Origin: an uncultured Thermoleophilia bacterium
Lineage (GTDB): Bacteria; Actinomycetota; Thermoleophilia; UBA2241
Reading direction: 5' to 3'
Assembly: GCA_963699725.1 (NCBI GenBank)
Contig: CAVOVA010000008.1
Coordinates: 48,349-112,348 of the forward strand
Length of the DNA stretch: 64,000 nt
Shown: in pieces, positions 40,759-50,058 of the stretch
Position numbering within the stretch: the first letter of the stretch is position 1
Layout: each line of letters opens with the position of its first letter
The notes under the pieces: model-generated
Told to the model about the DNA's origin: nothing
Seen by the model: only the letters and a program-made list of their open reading frames with translations
Databases searched by the model: none
Program-made: the position numbers and the translations under genes

Positions 40759-41517
40759 GGCTCTCCGGCCCACGTAGGCGAACCCGGTGAGGGCGTAGAA
40801 GTAGCGACCCTCGGAGTCGAGCTCGCGCTGCTCGGCGAGGAAGCGCTCGCACTCTTCGGCGGTGACCAGGCCATCCCCGACCAGTTCATGGAAGTCGTGG
40901 GCGCGCTCGTGGCCGTAGGCGCCGGGCGCGAAGCGGGTCTCGATGAGCGTGCGGGAGACGACCTCGCCGTGGAAAACGCCGCCGGCGCTGCACAGGCCCC
41001 AGAGCCGCCTCCCGAGCCAGGGGTCAACACAGGCCATCCACGCCTGGCGGCGGTCGGCGAAGCCCTGTACGAGGCGGCGCACGAGGGTACGATCGCTGCC
41101 GTCGAAGAGCTGCGTATCCCAGTCCCAGTGGGCGAGGACGACGGTGCCGCCGGAGCGCACGACCCGGGCCAGCTCGGCGAGGAGCGCGGCCGGCTCGCGC
41201 AGACACTCGAGCAGGTTGTGCGAGTAGGCGCATTCGAAGGCGCCGTCGGCGAACGGCAAGCCTTGGTCGAGGTCGGCGAGGACGAACTTCGCGCGCCGGT
41301 CGGCGCCGGCCGCAGCCCTGGCGGCCGCGAGCGCGTCCGGCGAGCAGTCAACGCCGACGAAACGCGAGCCGGGATCGGGACGGCGGGCCGCGAGCTCGAT
41401 GAGGTCGGGACCCGCGCCGCAGCCGAGGTCGAGGAACGTCAGCGGCTCGGCCTGCGGTACGAACGACAGCAGCCACTCGCGATGCGCGCCTACCGACTCC
41501 GGTACGGCTGTCACCAA
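40753..41517 (-). CDS. class I SAM-dependent methyltransferase
   Basis: TTG 41517 / GTG 41514 after AGGAGG, which is formed at the attC R' junction. FLDLGCGAGPDLIELA..FVGVDCSP..ADLD..PFADGAFECAYSHNLL. Confidence 0.8.
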   Translation of the reverse strand: MVTAVPESVGAHREWLLSFVPQAEPLTFLDLGCGAGPDLIELAARRPDPGSRFVGVDCSPDALAAARAAAGADRRAKFVLADLDQGLPFADGAFECAYSHNLLECLREPAALLAELARVVRSGGTVVLAHWDWDTQLFDGSDRTLVRRLVQGFADRRQAWMACVDPWLGRRLWGLCSAGGVFHGEVVSRTLIETRFAPGAYGHERAHDFHELVGDGLVTAEECERFLAEQRELDSEGRYFYALTGFAYVGRRAS

Positions 41518-41526
41518 CCCCTGTCC

Positions 41527-41616
41527 TCCTAACGCACCGCGGATAAGCTGCGAGCGTGCCGGCCTCCCGTGAGGCCGCCGGCGCCGCGGCGAGTCAGCTT
41601 GATCCGCTTGTTGGGC
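41527..41616 (-). repeat. attC site (family A), first in the array
   Basis: TCCTAAC GCACCGCGGATAAGCTGCGAGCGTGCCGGCCTCCCGTGAGGCCGCCGGCGCCGCGGCGAGTCAGCTTGATCCGCTT GTTGGGC. Confidence 0.9.
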
Positions 41617-41662
41617 ACCCGCGCACATTGAGCCACCGACCCTGATCGGCGCAGGGTGCACC

Positions 41663-41968
41663 TCACTCTTTGACCTTGCCGTCGACCGAGTAGCTGACGC
41701 CTGGATGCTCAGCCAGCATGCGGTCAACCGTCTTCAGGTCGAGATACGGCACGGTGTAGGTCGAGCCGTCGGTGAGCTTGACCGAGAGGATCTGGTAGGC
41801 AGTCGTCGCCGCTACGGATGTGACCTTGCCGCTCGTGAGGTCGGCCGTGAAGCTCTTCGGACCGGAGAACACCGGCCCGGCGGAAGTGGTCGTGGAGGAG
41901 CATGCAGTGACCGCCGCAAGCATGAGCAGTAGGGCCGCGAGCGCCAAGCCCAGGTACCGCATCCTCAT
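41663..41968 (-). CDS. hypothetical small lipoprotein, first cassette ORF
   Basis: Trimmed to MRMRYLGLALAALLLMLAAVTAC (lipobox); 101 aa. The upstream part of the track ORF lies in the candidate attI. Confidence 0.6.
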   Translation of the reverse strand: MRMRYLGLALAALLLMLAAVTACSSTTTSAGPVFSGPKSFTADLTSGKVTSVAATTAYQILSVKLTDGSTYTVPYLDLKTVDRMLAEHPGVSYSVDGKVKE

Positions 41969-42005
41969 GACGTCCCCCCAACGTTCGGACTTCGGTGTGC
42001 CTAAC

Positions 42006-42284
42006 TGCATTTCTGCAGGAGGGGTGGGCGACCCGCTGCTGCAGCTGACTTCTGCTGTCTGTTTCGGCATGGCGCCGGGCGGGCTGGATATGCAGACTGC
42101 GAGAGACGTGTGCCTTGCGCAGCCGACTCCCTTGGGCCCCGTCGGTCCGTCGTGCACTAGCAAGTTAGGATAACACCCGGCGCGCCGGCTGCAAGTGCCC
42201 CGTCGGTCTCGTCGTCGGGACGGCGGGGGTGCACGAATGAGCCGCGAATCACCGCCTGCTCGTCCGGGCTTCGCTCGTGCGTGA
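42006..42284 (-). other. candidate attI region between the intI stop and the first cassette
   Basis: Non-coding 279 bp. On the minus strand it ends ..CCTGCAGAAATGCA|GTTAGGC (core at 42005-41999), where the first cassette begins. Contains inverted repeat CTGCA/TGCAG (42005-42018) and a GTTAGGATAAC core-like palindrome (42164-42174). Confidence 0.45.
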
Positions 42285-43250
42285 TCACAACGTGTCCAGC
42301 GGGCTGCGGACGCCCTGTCCTCCGCGCTGCAGGACGTGGGTGTAGACCATCGTCGTGCCCACGTCCTTGTGGCCGAGGAGTTCCTGGATGGTGCGGATGT
42401 CGTAGCCGGTCTCGAGCAGGTGCGTCGCGAAGGAGTGGCGGAAGGTGTGACACGTGGCGTGCTTGTCGACGCCGGCGCAGCGGACGGCGTCCTTCACGGC
42501 GCGCTGCACGATGGTCGGATGGACGTGGTGCCGGCCCTGGCGGCCGCTGCGCTGGTCCGTCCACCGGCGCTGCTGTGGGAACACCCACTGCCAGCGCCAG
42601 TCGTAGGGGGCGCGCGGGTACTTGCGCTCCAGGGCGGCGGGCAGCTCGACCGCGCCCCACCCGTCGGCCAGGTCGCGCTCGTGGACGAGCTTGGCGTGGC
42701 GCAGCTGCTCGCGAAGGTCGGGGACGAGCGCGCGCGGGAGCGTCGTGGCGCGGTCCTTGCCGCCTTTGCCTGAGCGCACGGTGACCTCGCCTCGGGCCAG
42801 GTCGAGGTCGAGCACGCGCAGACGCAGGCATTCGGTCAGGCGCAGGCCGGCGCCGTAGAGCAGCGAGGCGATGAGCCAGACCTGACGGTCGTCGCGGTCG
42901 AGCTCGCGGAGGACGGCGCGCACCTCTTCCCTGCTCAGGACGACGGGAAGATGCGGCTGTTTGCGCGCACGCACGAGTTCGTGCAGTGCGCCGACCTCCT
43001 GATGGAGCACGTGCCGGTACAGGAACAGGAGCGCGCTGAGCGCCTGGGACTGCGTCGAGGGGCTGACGTGCTCGTCCACGGCGAGGTGGGTGACGAACGC
43101 GTTGATCTCGGGCTCCGCCATCTCGGCGGGGTGGCGGAGCCCGTGGAAGCGCACGTAGCGCCGCACCCAGCGGCAGTAGGCCTGCACGGTGCGGCGGCTG
43201 TAGTGACGGGCGCGCAGCGCCTGCTCGAGCTGGTCGATGAGCACGGACAC
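42285..43250 (-). CDS. intI: integron integrase (tyrosine recombinase, IntI family)
   Basis: 321 aa, GTG start. [13 protein letters not shown] (R), [12 protein letters not shown] (H..R), TTMVYTHV (Y). The IntI-specific insertion [31 protein letters not shown] compares with IntI1 [22 protein letters not shown]-terminus GVRSPLDTL. Confidence 0.93.
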   Translation of the reverse strand: MSVLIDQLEQALRARHYSRRTVQAYCRWVRRYVRFHGLRHPAEMAEPEINAFVTHLAVDEHVSPSTQSQALSALLFLYRHVLHQEVGALHELVRARKQPHLPVVLSREEVRAVLRELDRDDRQVWLIASLLYGAGLRLTECLRLRVLDLDLARGEVTVRSGKGGKDRATTLPRALVPDLREQLRHAKLVHERDLADGWGAVELPAALERKYPRAPYDWRWQWVFPQQRRWTDQRSGRQGRHHVHPTIVQRAVKDAVRCAGVDKHATCHTFRHSFATHLLETGYDIRTIQELLGHKDVGTTMVYTHVLQRGGQGVRSPLDTL

Positions 43251-43542
43251 CGCTCAAGCGTGGCCGCATCCGCCCTTCGGTTCAACGGGTGACGGCCAAC
43301 GTCAACCGGCCACACGCGCCGGCGACGCCTGATCACGTGGCGGCACGCAGGCCCGGGCGTGCGTCCGAACGCCCCATGGCGTTCCTGGGCGTACGTCCGG
43401 AAGCACGCCTCGCGGACGTACAGCGGTGCAGCCGGGACTATCCGACGAGGCGATCCGCCGGTACGTCGCCGGCCAGACTCGGGTGAGAAGCCGGGAGGCG
43501 TCGTACAGCCCGCCGGCCACCGCCCGTCGGGCCCGCCATCGG

Positions 43543-44917
<1,375 letters not shown>

Positions 44918-44928
<11 letters not shown>

Positions 44929-45256
44929 CGCCGCCGCCCTTCGCCTCGGCGGCCGCGGCGGCGCCCTTCTTCTGGTCGCCACTGCTCTTGAACATCTCGA
45001 GCATGCGCTCGGTCACGGCGTAGCCGCCGACGGCATTGGCTGCGCCCAGGAGCACCGCGAGGAAGCCGACGATGCGCTCTGGGGTCGTGTTCGCCGCTCC
45101 GAGCGCCACCATGGCGCCCACGACGACGATGCCGTGAATGAAGTTGGAACCGCTCATCAGCGGGGTGTGCAGGATCACCGGCACCCGCGAGATCACCTCG
45201 TAGCCGACGAAGGCCGCGAGGATGAAGATGTAGACCGCGGCGAAGCCCTCGATCAT
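44918..45256 (-). CDS. pntAB: NAD(P) transhydrogenase subunit alpha part 2 (membrane)
   Basis: YIFILAAFVGYEVISRVP.ILHTPLMSGSNFIHGIVVVGA signature; ATGA overlap with pntAA. Confidence 0.9.
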
Positions 45257-46485
45257 GATGCGCCTCCCGCGTCTTCGGGCGCGTCTTCAGAGGTGTCGTG
45301 CGCCGGCTCGACCTCTGCCGCGGCGGTCGCAGGAGGTTCGATGGCGGGCGCCGGCGCCTCCGGGCCTTCGATCCGCTCGCGCACGCCCTTGTTGACGATG
45401 GCGCCGTCGCGCGTGAGTACGCTGCCGGCGAGCACCTCGTCGTTCCAGTCGAGCGTGAGCTCGCCGTCCTTGATGAACGGCGTGAGGAAGTGCATGAGGT
45501 TCCGCGCGTACTGGTCGCTGGCGTGCACCGGCAGCATGCCGGGGATGTTGAGCGGCCCGTAGATGAACACGCCATTGGGATGGTTGTACTGCTCGCCGGG
45601 CCGGGTGAGTTCGCAGTTGCCGCCGCCCTCGGCGGCCATGTCGATGATCACCGCGCCCGGCTTCATCTTCTCGACCACGTCGGCCGTGATGAGCTTCGGC
45701 GACGGCCGCCCCGGGATGGCAGCCGTCGTGATCACGGCATCGGCCTCCACGATGTGGCCGTCGACGATCTCCTTGGCTTTGGCCTTCTCCTCGTCGGTGA
45801 GCTCGCGCGCGTAGCCACCTTCGGTCTCGGCGTCGATGCCGGTGTCGATGAAGCGGCCGCCCAGCGACTGGACCTGCTCTTTGGTCACCGAGCGCACATC
45901 GTAGGCCTCGACGACGGCGCCGAGGCGCCGGGCGGTGGCGATCGCCTGCAGCCCGGCCACGCCGACGCCGAGCACGAGGACCTTTGCCGGCCGCAGCGTG
46001 CCTGCCGGTGTCGTGAGCATCGGGAAGTAGCGGCCGGCCATGCACGCCGACATCAGCACCGCCTTGTAGCCGGCGATGGAGGCCTGCGAGGTCAGCGCGT
46101 CCATGGACTGCGCGCGACTGATGCGCGGCAACAGCTCCAGGGCGAAGCTCGTGATCCCGCCGTCTCGGAGCGCCTTGATGGCGTCGTCCGCCTTGTAGGG
46201 CTGGAGGAGGCCGATGACGACGGCGCCGGCGCGCATCTGCGCGGTCTCCGCCGGCGTCGGCGGGTCGACCTTCAGGATGACGTCGGCGGCGAAGACCTCG
46301 GCGGCGCCGTCGACGAGCTTGGCCGCCGCGAACTCCTCGTCACGAAGATGACTCAGCTGACCGGCGCCGCGCTCCACGAGCACCTCAGCGCCCAGTGCCT
46401 CGTACTTCTCGGCCACGCTCGGGACGAGCGCCACGCGCGTCTCTCCCGTCGCCGTCTCCGTGGGCACGCCGATGCGGACTGCCAT
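45253..46485 (-). CDS. pntAA: NAD(P) transhydrogenase subunit alpha part 1 (NAD(H)-binding)
   Basis: RIGVPTET..GETRVALVP, VLVLGVGVAGLQAIATARRLGA, ITTAAIPGRPSPKLI motifs (alanine-dehydrogenase-like fold). Confidence 0.93.
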   Translation of the reverse strand: MAVRIGVPTETATGETRVALVPSVAEKYEALGAEVLVERGAGQLSHLRDEEFAAAKLVDGAAEVFAADVILKVDPPTPAETAQMRAGAVVIGLLQPYKADDAIKALRDGGITSFALELLPRISRAQSMDALTSQASIAGYKAVLMSACMAGRYFPMLTTPAGTLRPAKVLVLGVGVAGLQAIATARRLGAVVEAYDVRSVTKEQVQSLGGRFIDTGIDAETEGGYARELTDEEKAKAKEIVDGHIVEADAVITTAAIPGRPSPKLITADVVEKMKPGAVIIDMAAEGGGNCELTRPGEQYNHPNGVFIYGPLNIPGMLPVHASDQYARNLMHFLTPFIKDGELTLDWNDEVLAGSVLTRDGAIVNKGVRERIEGPEAPAPAIEPPATAAAEVEPAHDTSEDAPEDAGGAS

Positions 46486-46611
46486 CGATCCCTCCTCGTG
46501 CGACGAGCCCGGGTCCGGGCTCGAGGGTCACCTTCCCTCGGCGAGGCGGGGAAAAACCTTCCGGGCCAGTGGAAACCGACCGCCGCGCGCGGCCTGGAGC
46601 CGCCGCCGGCG

Positions 46612-48402
46612 TCAGCCGGGCAGGCGGCGCACGGCCACGGTCACGGAGCCGAGGCCGACGTGCGTGGTGAGGACGGCGCCGGCGCGCACCACGGGCACCT
46701 CGCCGCCGAGGCGCTCACGGAGGCGGGCGGCAACGAAGTCCGCGCCCGCCTGGTCGCCGCTGTGCACCACCAAGGCGCGGGCCGGCGCGCCGTCGGCGTA
46801 CTGCACGGCGCGCTTGACGATCGCGTTGAGGGCGCGGTCGAAACCCAGTGCCGCGCCTGCCTTCTGCGCCTTGCCCGTCTGGTCGAAGGTGATGATCGGC
46901 GCGAGGTGAAGCCGGGTCAGCGTGCGCGCCATGCGCGGGCTCACGCGCCCGCCGCGGACGGCGAAGTCGAGCGAAGCCACGGTGCCGAAGATCTTGATCT
47001 CACCCTTGACGCGCTCGGCGACCCGCTCGATCTCGTCGAGATCCGCGCCCGAGGCGATGACCTCGCCGACGGCGTCCAGCAGCAGACCGGCCCCGATCGA
47101 GACCAGGCACGAGTCGATCACGCGGATACGCTCCGGGTCCACCTCTCGGGCGGCCGCGCGCGCCGCCTGCACCGTCCCGGACATGGCGCCGGCGATGTGC
47201 ACCGACACGACGCCCTCGCGGTACTCGAGCAACCGGCGGTAGGTCTGGGCGAAGTCGGCCACCGCGGGCTGCGAGGAGCGCGGAACGCCGCTTCCGCTGA
47301 CGATGCGGTGCACGAAGCCGTCCAGGGTGATGTCCACGCCGTCGAGGTACTCCTCGTCGCCCAGCGAGAGCGTTAGCGGCACGGCCACGACGCCGAGACG
47401 GAACGCGACGTCCTCGGGGAGGTCGGTGGTCGAATCAGTGACGATCGCCACCGCGGCCTCGCGGCCGGCCAGCTGCTGCAGCACCATGTCGTCGATCTTG
47501 CTGCGCTCGATCACGCCGAGGTCGGCGACCGCGGCGAGGAAGCGCTGCGGTTCGTTGGTGTGGATGTGCACCCGGACCCGCGCCTCGCCGCCGGCCACGA
47601 CTATCGACTCGCCGAGCCCGGCGACGCGCATCATGACGGCGTCCCGGGATAGCGAGGCTTCGCCGCGCGGCGTCAGGAGCGCCTCGGTACAGAAGCGGTA
47701 GCGCTCGTCGATCTCATCGTGGTCCTCGGAAAACGGTGGCAGCCCGTGCGCAGGGGCCTCGCTGGGCACCCACGCCGCCTCATGGCCGCCGCGCAGCGAA
47801 TCTATGAGGCCTTCGAGGAAGTAGACGAAGCCCTGGCCTCCGGCGTCGACAACGTGGCTGCGGGCGAGCACCTCGAGCTGGCGCGGGGTGGCGGCAAGGG
47901 CTTCGCGGGCCGCCACCAGCCCGCTGTGCATGAGTTCGGGCAGGTCCTCTTCGTGCGCGCGTCCGCTGAGCTCGTGCGACCACGCGCGCAGCACCGAGAG
48001 GATGGTGCCCTCGCGCGGCTCCTGCAGGGCCGAATAGGCGGACTCGGTGCCGCTCACGGCCGCGGCCGCGAACTGCGTCCCGTCCACCATCCGCAGCCGT
48101 TCCATCGAGGAGGCAAGTCCGTGGAGGAACTGCGCGAAGATCGCGCCGGAGTTGCCGCGGGCGCCGTCGAGAGCGCCGTCGGCGGCGACGCGGGCGGCGT
48201 CGCCGACTGAGTCGGGAGCTTCACTCCCCAGCCTCGACGCCGCCGCTCTGAGCGTCGCCGCGAGGTTGGCGCCCGTGTCCGCGTCGCGCACCGGGAACAC
48301 GTTGATGCGATTGAGGGTCTCCTGCTGGCGCACGACGGCCAGCGCGCCCGCGCGCACCACGCGCGAGAACCCCGTGCCGCTCAGCTTCGTCGTGTGGTCC
48401 AC
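46612..48402 (-). CDS. DAK2-domain / DegV-domain fusion protein
   Basis: N-half: LNRINVFPVRDADTGANL..GARGNSG (YloV/DAK2-like). C-half: VAIVTDSTTDLPEDVAFRLGVVAVPL...G.EEYLDGVDI (DegV lipid-binding). Confidence 0.85.
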   Translation of the reverse strand: MDHTTKLSGTGFSRVVRAGALAVVRQQETLNRINVFPVRDADTGANLAATLRAAASRLGSEAPDSVGDAARVAADGALDGARGNSGAIFAQFLHGLASSMERLRMVDGTQFAAAAVSGTESAYSALQEPREGTILSVLRAWSHELSGRAHEEDLPELMHSGLVAAREALAATPRQLEVLARSHVVDAGGQGFVYFLEGLIDSLRGGHEAAWVPSEAPAHGLPPFSEDHDEIDERYRFCTEALLTPRGEASLSRDAVMMRVAGLGESIVVAGGEARVRVHIHTNEPQRFLAAVADLGVIERSKIDDMVLQQLAGREAAVAIVTDSTTDLPEDVAFRLGVVAVPLTLSLGDEEYLDGVDITLDGFVHRIVSGSGVPRSSQPAVADFAQTYRRLLEYREGVVSVHIAGAMSGTVQAARAAAREVDPERIRVIDSCLVSIGAGLLLDAVGEVIASGADLDEIERVAERVKGEIKIFGTVASLDFAVRGGRVSPRMARTLTRLHLAPIITFDQTGKAQKAGAALGFDRALNAIVKRAVQYADGAPARALVVHSGDQAGADFVAARLRERLGGEVPVVRAGAVLTTHVGLGSVTVAVRRLPG

Positions 48403-48526
48403 GCCCTGGCTCCTGACCGTAGCTGGGTCATCGTGATGCGGGGGTCTGTCTCGCGGGATCCTCTGCCCCGCGCCGATCGAGCGAGCGCTCGCCGGTGGCC
48501 GTGCCTGCCATCATGGGCCGCCCTTC

Positions 48527-49036
48527 TCAGCTCGCGCCCGGAGGCGAGCGTAGTTGTTTCAGCGACTTGCGCGCGGCGTTGACGACCGCGGGGTCGACAT
48601 CGCCGAGCGCGCGTTGCAGCAGGTCCGTGGCCTCAGGGTCGCCGATCTTGCCGAGCGCCTCGACGACGATCGTGCGCAGCAGCGGATCCGGGTTGTGCAT
48701 CGCGACGCAGAGCGGCTTGACCGCGACGGGGTCCTTCATCATGCCGAGCACGTAGGCGGCATCCTGGCGCCGGTGCAGGTGGCCGTGCTGAAGCACGTAG
48801 ATGAGCCGGTCGCGCGCCGGCGGGCCGATGAGCACCAGCGCATCTCGCGACGTGCTCAACTGCACCATGTTCTTGGTGTCCAGCCGCTGGATGATCCGGT
48901 CGAGATACCCCTCGAGCGCCTGGCGCGCAGCCTCGGCGACCTCGGGGTCCTTCTTGTATCTGGCGGCGCGGACGAGACCGTCGATCTTCCCGGCGGCGTC
49001 GAGCTTCGCGACGTTGGGTGGGCCGAACAGCCCCAC
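48527..49036 (-). CDS. HEAT-repeat protein
   Basis: Repeated ..D..VR..A..ALG..GDP.A...L-type units (RQDAAYVLGMMKDPVAVKPL, LLRTIVVEALGKIGDPEATDLL, DVDPAVVNAARKSL). Confidence 0.7.
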   Translation of the reverse strand: MGLFGPPNVAKLDAAGKIDGLVRAARYKKDPEVAEAARQALEGYLDRIIQRLDTKNMVQLSTSRDALVLIGPPARDRLIYVLQHGHLHRRQDAAYVLGMMKDPVAVKPLCVAMHNPDPLLRTIVVEALGKIGDPEATDLLQRALGDVDPAVVNAARKSLKQLRSPPGAS

Positions 49037-49132
49037 AGGCCACTCCTCGCGGTCATCACGGGCGCCCCCACGGCGCCCGCGCGTCAGTCTATCGCAGGAC
49101 GAGGCGGACGGCCCGTGAGAGGAGGGGCAACC

Positions 49133-49936
49133 CTAGCGGAGGATGCGGTTGGCGACGTCCAGGAGGCGCACGGGCAGGTCGCGGAACGTGCGCACCGGGA
49201 AGACGTCTCCGTGGCCGGCGTCGGCCAGCCGCCGGCAAAGCTCCGGGTTCATCTTGTAGTCCTCGGTGAGGAGCACGAAGAGGTGCGGAAAGCGGTGCGC
49301 CAGCGGCACGGGGTCCCCTCCGGCCGTCACCACGCCGTCGGTGATGAGCAGGCCGCTGCGGCGGGGGTTGCGGCCGCGCTCCAGCTCGGCTGCGCCGAGC
49401 GCCAGCGCGGCCTCGATGTTGGTGTAGCCGCGCACCGGCTGGTCGAGCATGCGGCGCACCACCTCGTCGGCCGGGTCGGGGACGTCGAGGTGCGTCACTG
49501 CGTTCGCCTTGTCCTCGAAGACGACCACGGAGAGGTCCTCGGGGTGCATCTTGAGCGCCAGCACCGCCGCGGCCACGGCGGCGATGGCCATGTTCTCGCC
49601 CGACATGCTCAGCGACGTGTCCACCATGAGCACCACCTGGTGCCGCCGGTCGACACGGTGCTGGACGATCCAGTCCCCCGGTTCTGGGTAGGCCTTGCCG
49701 ACGATGTTGTCCACCGTCGACTCGACGTCGAGCTCGCCGCCCCAGGGCTCACGCAGCGGCTCGCGTACCGTTCGCGTCGCGGACTGCAGGGGACCTACGA
49801 GGCGACCGGCGCGCTGCAGGACGGCCCGCGCCGCCAGCTTCTCGGCGTAGAACCGCAGGCCGGGGTCGGCGATGCGGCAGCCGCTGCGCGTCAGGTTGAT
49901 GGCGACCGTCCACCCGTCGAGCGCTTCCTGGTCCAC
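49133..49936 (-). CDS. VWA-domain protein (partner of the upstream MoxR ATPase)
   Basis: MIDAS-type VVLMVDTSLSMSG....A......L........L.VV.F......GYTNIEAAL; the start may lie further upstream (gap to MoxR is 122 bp). Confidence 0.75.
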   Translation of the reverse strand: MDQEALDGWTVAINLTRSGCRIADPGLRFYAEKLAARAVLQRAGRLVGPLQSATRTVREPLREPWGGELDVESTVDNIVGKAYPEPGDWIVQHRVDRRHQVVLMVDTSLSMSGENMAIAAVAAAVLALKMHPEDLSVVVFEDKANAVTHLDVPDPADEVVRRMLDQPVRGYTNIEAALALGAAELERGRNPRRSGLLITDGVVTAGGDPVPLAHRFPHLFVLLTEDYKMNPELCRRLADAGHGDVFPVRTFRDLPVRLLDVANRILR

Positions 49937-50058
49937 GCGGTAGCGACCGGCGAGCGCCGCCAGCGGGGCGTCTCCGGCGGGCGACTCCGAAGTGCACGCA
50001 GGCAGGCCGCGGACTTCGATGCGGCCCTGGTGGTGAACCGGCGCCCCGCCGAGGGGGC

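Larger units (their letters stand above)
22714..43250 (-). mobile_element. complete integron: intI + candidate attI + proximal array of ~27 cassettes
   Basis: IntI ORF, attI-cassette junction GTTAGGC (42005-41999 on the minus strand) and 27 attC sites at 0.2-1.5 kb spacing, each following a minus-strand ORF. Confidence 0.85.

Noticed and set aside
8900-41650. Regularly spaced ~85-90-bp repeats could be taken for a CRISPR array or a REP/MITE family.
   Set aside because: Spacing is 0.2-1.5 kb and the intervals contain ORFs. The repeats are imperfect palindromes with inverse xxxxAAC/GTTxxxx cores and asymmetric extra bases. An IntI gene sits at one end and no cas genes are present. This is attC architecture, not CRISPR.
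42157-43269. 370-aa ORF overlapping intI in another frame, and 42935..43336(-).
   Set aside because: Arg/Pro-rich nonsense translations; the IntI frame has the full catalytic and IntI-specific signatures.
43251-43542. Looked for an attI-like core, a LexA/SOS box or cassettes on the 5' side of intI (the classical position).
   Set aside because: I found only isolated GTTCAAC / GCCAAC strings. There is no palindromic SOS-type box I could recognise and no ORF; pntB ends at 43543. I cannot exclude a promoter or operator, but nothing is supportable by eye.
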